Assembly: GCA_963665665.1 (NCBI GenBank)
Contig: OY762428.1
Span: 4,960,001 to 5,024,000 of the forward strand
Reading direction: 5' to 3'
Origin: Candidatus Kapaibacterium sp.
Lineage (GTDB): Bacteria > Bacteroidota > Ignavibacteria > Kapaibacteriales > UBA2268
Length of the DNA stretch: 64,000 nt
Both the position numbers and the translations under genes were made by a program. The notes beneath the pieces are model-generated. The model did not search any database. It was given only the letters and a program-made list of their open reading frames with translations, and was not told where the DNA came from. Shown here in pieces: positions 61,692-64,000 of the stretch; the first letter of the stretch is position 1; each line of letters opens with the position of its first letter.

Positions 61692-63758
61692 CTATTCTTT
61701 TTCTTTAACAGGAGTTATCACTTCAATTCTTACAGTACGGCAGTAGAAACGACCTTCCGGAAGGTCATTGTCGTACAATAGCTGGCTCTCGCCAAGTCCT
61801 TCTACTCTGGCATTTGGTATTCCCAGCATACGTGAAGCCGACCTTGCACGTCTTTCGGATAACTTCTTATTATCGTCTTCGTCGCCAATTCTGTCAGAAT
61901 ATCCGTAAATAACAATAGATGCATCGCCGTTGAACCTGTTCTTAACAAAATTCAGAACCTTGCGGTGCTCCCTGCCAAGCTTGGATTTTCCATAATCAAA
62001 AAGAATAAGGCTGTAGTATTCGAATTCTTTGTCTGCTTTCCTTTCGAGCCGCTTCCTGTCTATAGTGATCTGCTCTACTGAAAGCCATTTTTTCTTAGTT
62101 GTTATCTTCTGCCCCAGGCTGTCGCTCACACTAAGAGTATAGCTGACATTTGCATAGTTTTTCGGGGCATTTGTATCTTTCTGATTTATCACCCAATCCA
62201 GTGAAGCCGGGATATTCCCATTGCCGCTGAACTCTTTCAGAACTTTTTTGCCCTGTATTGCCTGCAACTTCCATTCTTTGATTCCAAAAGCGGAATTAGC
62301 AACAGGATAGAATTTCAATCTGGTTGTTGACAGAATTCTAAGAGTATCAGTTGTCATAACAGGCTCTCCGAGAACATTCCCCCGGGAAACAATTTCCACA
62401 CGGCGGTTCTCGGCATCGGGGCCTTCCTCGTCGGATCGGGAAGCCTGACGCGGCAGGTTCCGTGCACTAATACGCATTCTTTTCTCATCAATTCCCCATA
62501 CATCCCGCAGGTAATCCCTGACGGACTCTGCCCTGGCTTTGGATAGTTCTTTATTGCCCTTTTCATTTCCGGAATTGGAATTACAACCAATCAGGGTAAT
62601 TCTTTCTTTAGGATTTTCATTAAGGCGCTTGCCGAAAATATTCAGAACCTGGTAATAGGTTTGTACTGCATCAAGATTCTGCAATTTCTTAAGATCAAAT
62701 TTTGCGGTATCTTTAGCATTTAGCCTGATATATCTGTCAGGAATATTTGAACTGTCCTCGGCAAAGAAAACGTAGTTCAGAAGAGGCCGCATATTCAGCG
62801 ATATAAAATCTTCTATCCTGATATTAAAGTTTTTATTTTCTTTACCGCTACTGTCAACCTTCACGGCATAGACAGACGCGTTCAGTTCAGGTGGCTTTAC
62901 CGGCTCCGGCAATTTTTCCGGATTCGGTGGATCGAGTGGCGGCGGTGGAGGAGGAGGGGGCGGCGGAGGTTGTTTGTATTTGAGTGACAATCCTGCACGA
63001 ATTGTATGGACACCCCATGTTTTACCACTAACAACCGGTGTAAACCAATAAGAATAGAATACCTCCGGGGCTATTAAAAAAGACCGCCTGCGATTCATCG
63101 GAAGTTCGTAACTTATTCCAACATTGAAAGCCAATTGCATGGCAGCATTTTCCAGATCGCCTGAAAAAACATTACGCACCCTTGTTGAATCAAGGAAAGT
63201 TCCCCTGTCAGAGGGATTAACAATTTCTTCTTTCTGGTCATAAGTTTTAGTCATTGGGAAACCGGCACGGACACTTGCATGGCCAAACAGATAATCAATT
63301 ATCCGGTAACCTGCTCCCAGTTCGAACCCGAGAGTGGACAGCCCTATATCCAGAGTATGCTCGAATTCACCCTGACGTGAAACTCCGTCAACCAAAACAG
63401 TTGTTTCTTCCACTTTACTTAGCAGGCCGTTATAAACAGAATAAGAAACCCTGCCGTTGATATGCCACTTGTAATCTACTGGATAATCAACCAAAGCTCC
63501 GATAGCAATTCCGGTTCCATCACCGGAAGTAAATGTAGGACAGCAATTCGGCACATTATCAAGTTTTTTGAAATCGGAAGCATGGAAATTCAGGTTATAG
63601 CCGCCAAATATTCCAAATCTTGGCTTTAACTCATTAGTATCGGCTTCCATCCCCTGATTATCCGCCGATACTAACCAATAAGGGCTTAGCCCGAAAAACA
63701 GAGCCAAAAGAAAAGTAAAAATATTTCTTTTTTGTGAACTGATAAAATCTCGATTCAA
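61692..63758 (-). CDS. OmpA-family protein (N-terminal beta-barrel, poly-Pro linker, two OmpA-like domains)
   Basis: Amphipathic beta strands; QPPPPPPPPPPPLDPP; ELSKARAESVRDYL...NRRVEI and GYSDRIG...KLSERRA...CRTVRIEV. Confidence 0.88.
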   Translation of the reverse strand: MNRDFISSQKRNIFTFLLALFFGLSPYWLVSADNQGMEADTNELKPRFGIFGGYNLNFHASDFKKLDNVPNCCPTFTSGDGTGIAIGALVDYPVDYKWHINGRVSYSVYNGLLSKVEETTVLVDGVSRQGEFEHTLDIGLSTLGFELGAGYRIIDYLFGHASVRAGFPMTKTYDQKEEIVNPSDRGTFLDSTRVRNVFSGDLENAAMQLAFNVGISYELPMNRRRSFLIAPEVFYSYWFTPVVSGKTWGVHTIRAGLSLKYKQPPPPPPPPPPPLDPPNPEKLPEPVKPPELNASVYAVKVDSSGKENKNFNIRIEDFISLNMRPLLNYVFFAEDSSNIPDRYIRLNAKDTAKFDLKKLQNLDAVQTYYQVLNIFGKRLNENPKERITLIGCNSNSGNEKGNKELSKARAESVRDYLRDVWGIDEKRMRISARNLPRQASRSDEEGPDAENRRVEIVSRGNVLGEPVMTTDTLRILSTTRLKFYPVANSAFGIKEWKLQAIQGKKVLKEFSGNGNIPASLDWVINQKDTNAPKNYANVSYTLSVSDSLGQKITTKKKWLSVEQITIDRKRLERKADKEFEYYSLILFDYGKSKLGREHRKVLNFVKNRFNGDASIVIYGYSDRIGDEDDNKKLSERRARSASRMLGIPNARVEGLGESQLLYDNDLPEGRFYCRTVRIEVITPVKEKE

Positions 63759-64000
63759 ATCATCCCCCTCGAATTTCGCGAAAATCGTTTCGGCTTATGC
63801 CGTATCAAATCAATTTACAAATGTAATCAATGCTAATTAAATCCAGAAATAATATTTAGTTCTGCAAGCTGTTAGTAGTAAAAAAAATCAAATTTACGGT
63901 TAATAATCATCAATTTATCCTATTTATCCAACAAATCAGCCATGGAGAACCGGAAATAAAAATGTTTGTTATTTCCGTTCCATTCCCGAAATCAATTGGC

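Overview
AT-rich bacterial chromosomal window. Many secreted proteins have T9SS type-A C-terminal sorting domains and several genes have GGAG-type ribosome-binding sites, which points to the FCB group, possibly Kapabacteria/Ignavibacteria-like (inference). Left third (1-19.7 kb): accessory region downstream of guaA, punctuated by three decayed copies of the guaA 3' end. It carries a multi-PAS/GAF/PocR sensor with no output domain next to an orphan cheD (duplicated), several T9SS cargo genes (one split by an IS3 element) and an attC-like site. Middle: a Menshen-like defence trio bounded by 17-bp direct repeats, housekeeping genes (guaA, polyprenyl synthase, dprA, pdxB, panB), a toxin-antitoxin-SecB (TAC) trio and three large T9SS proteins. 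Right third holds the most striking locus: six near-identical tandem copies (286-bp period) of a 77-aa peptide gene plus a seventh divergent paralog, all ending WEEEPEP(I/M)(L/I)D. The array is transcribed divergently from a TPR-sensor histidine kinase and sigma54 activator pair and convergently onto a hybrid kinase, making it a candidate peptide-signalling system. Two unexplained dispersed non-coding elements built from 21-bp tandem repeats each occur twice. No rRNA, tRNA or CRISPR array was seen. All family assignments come from motifs read by eye, not from database searches.
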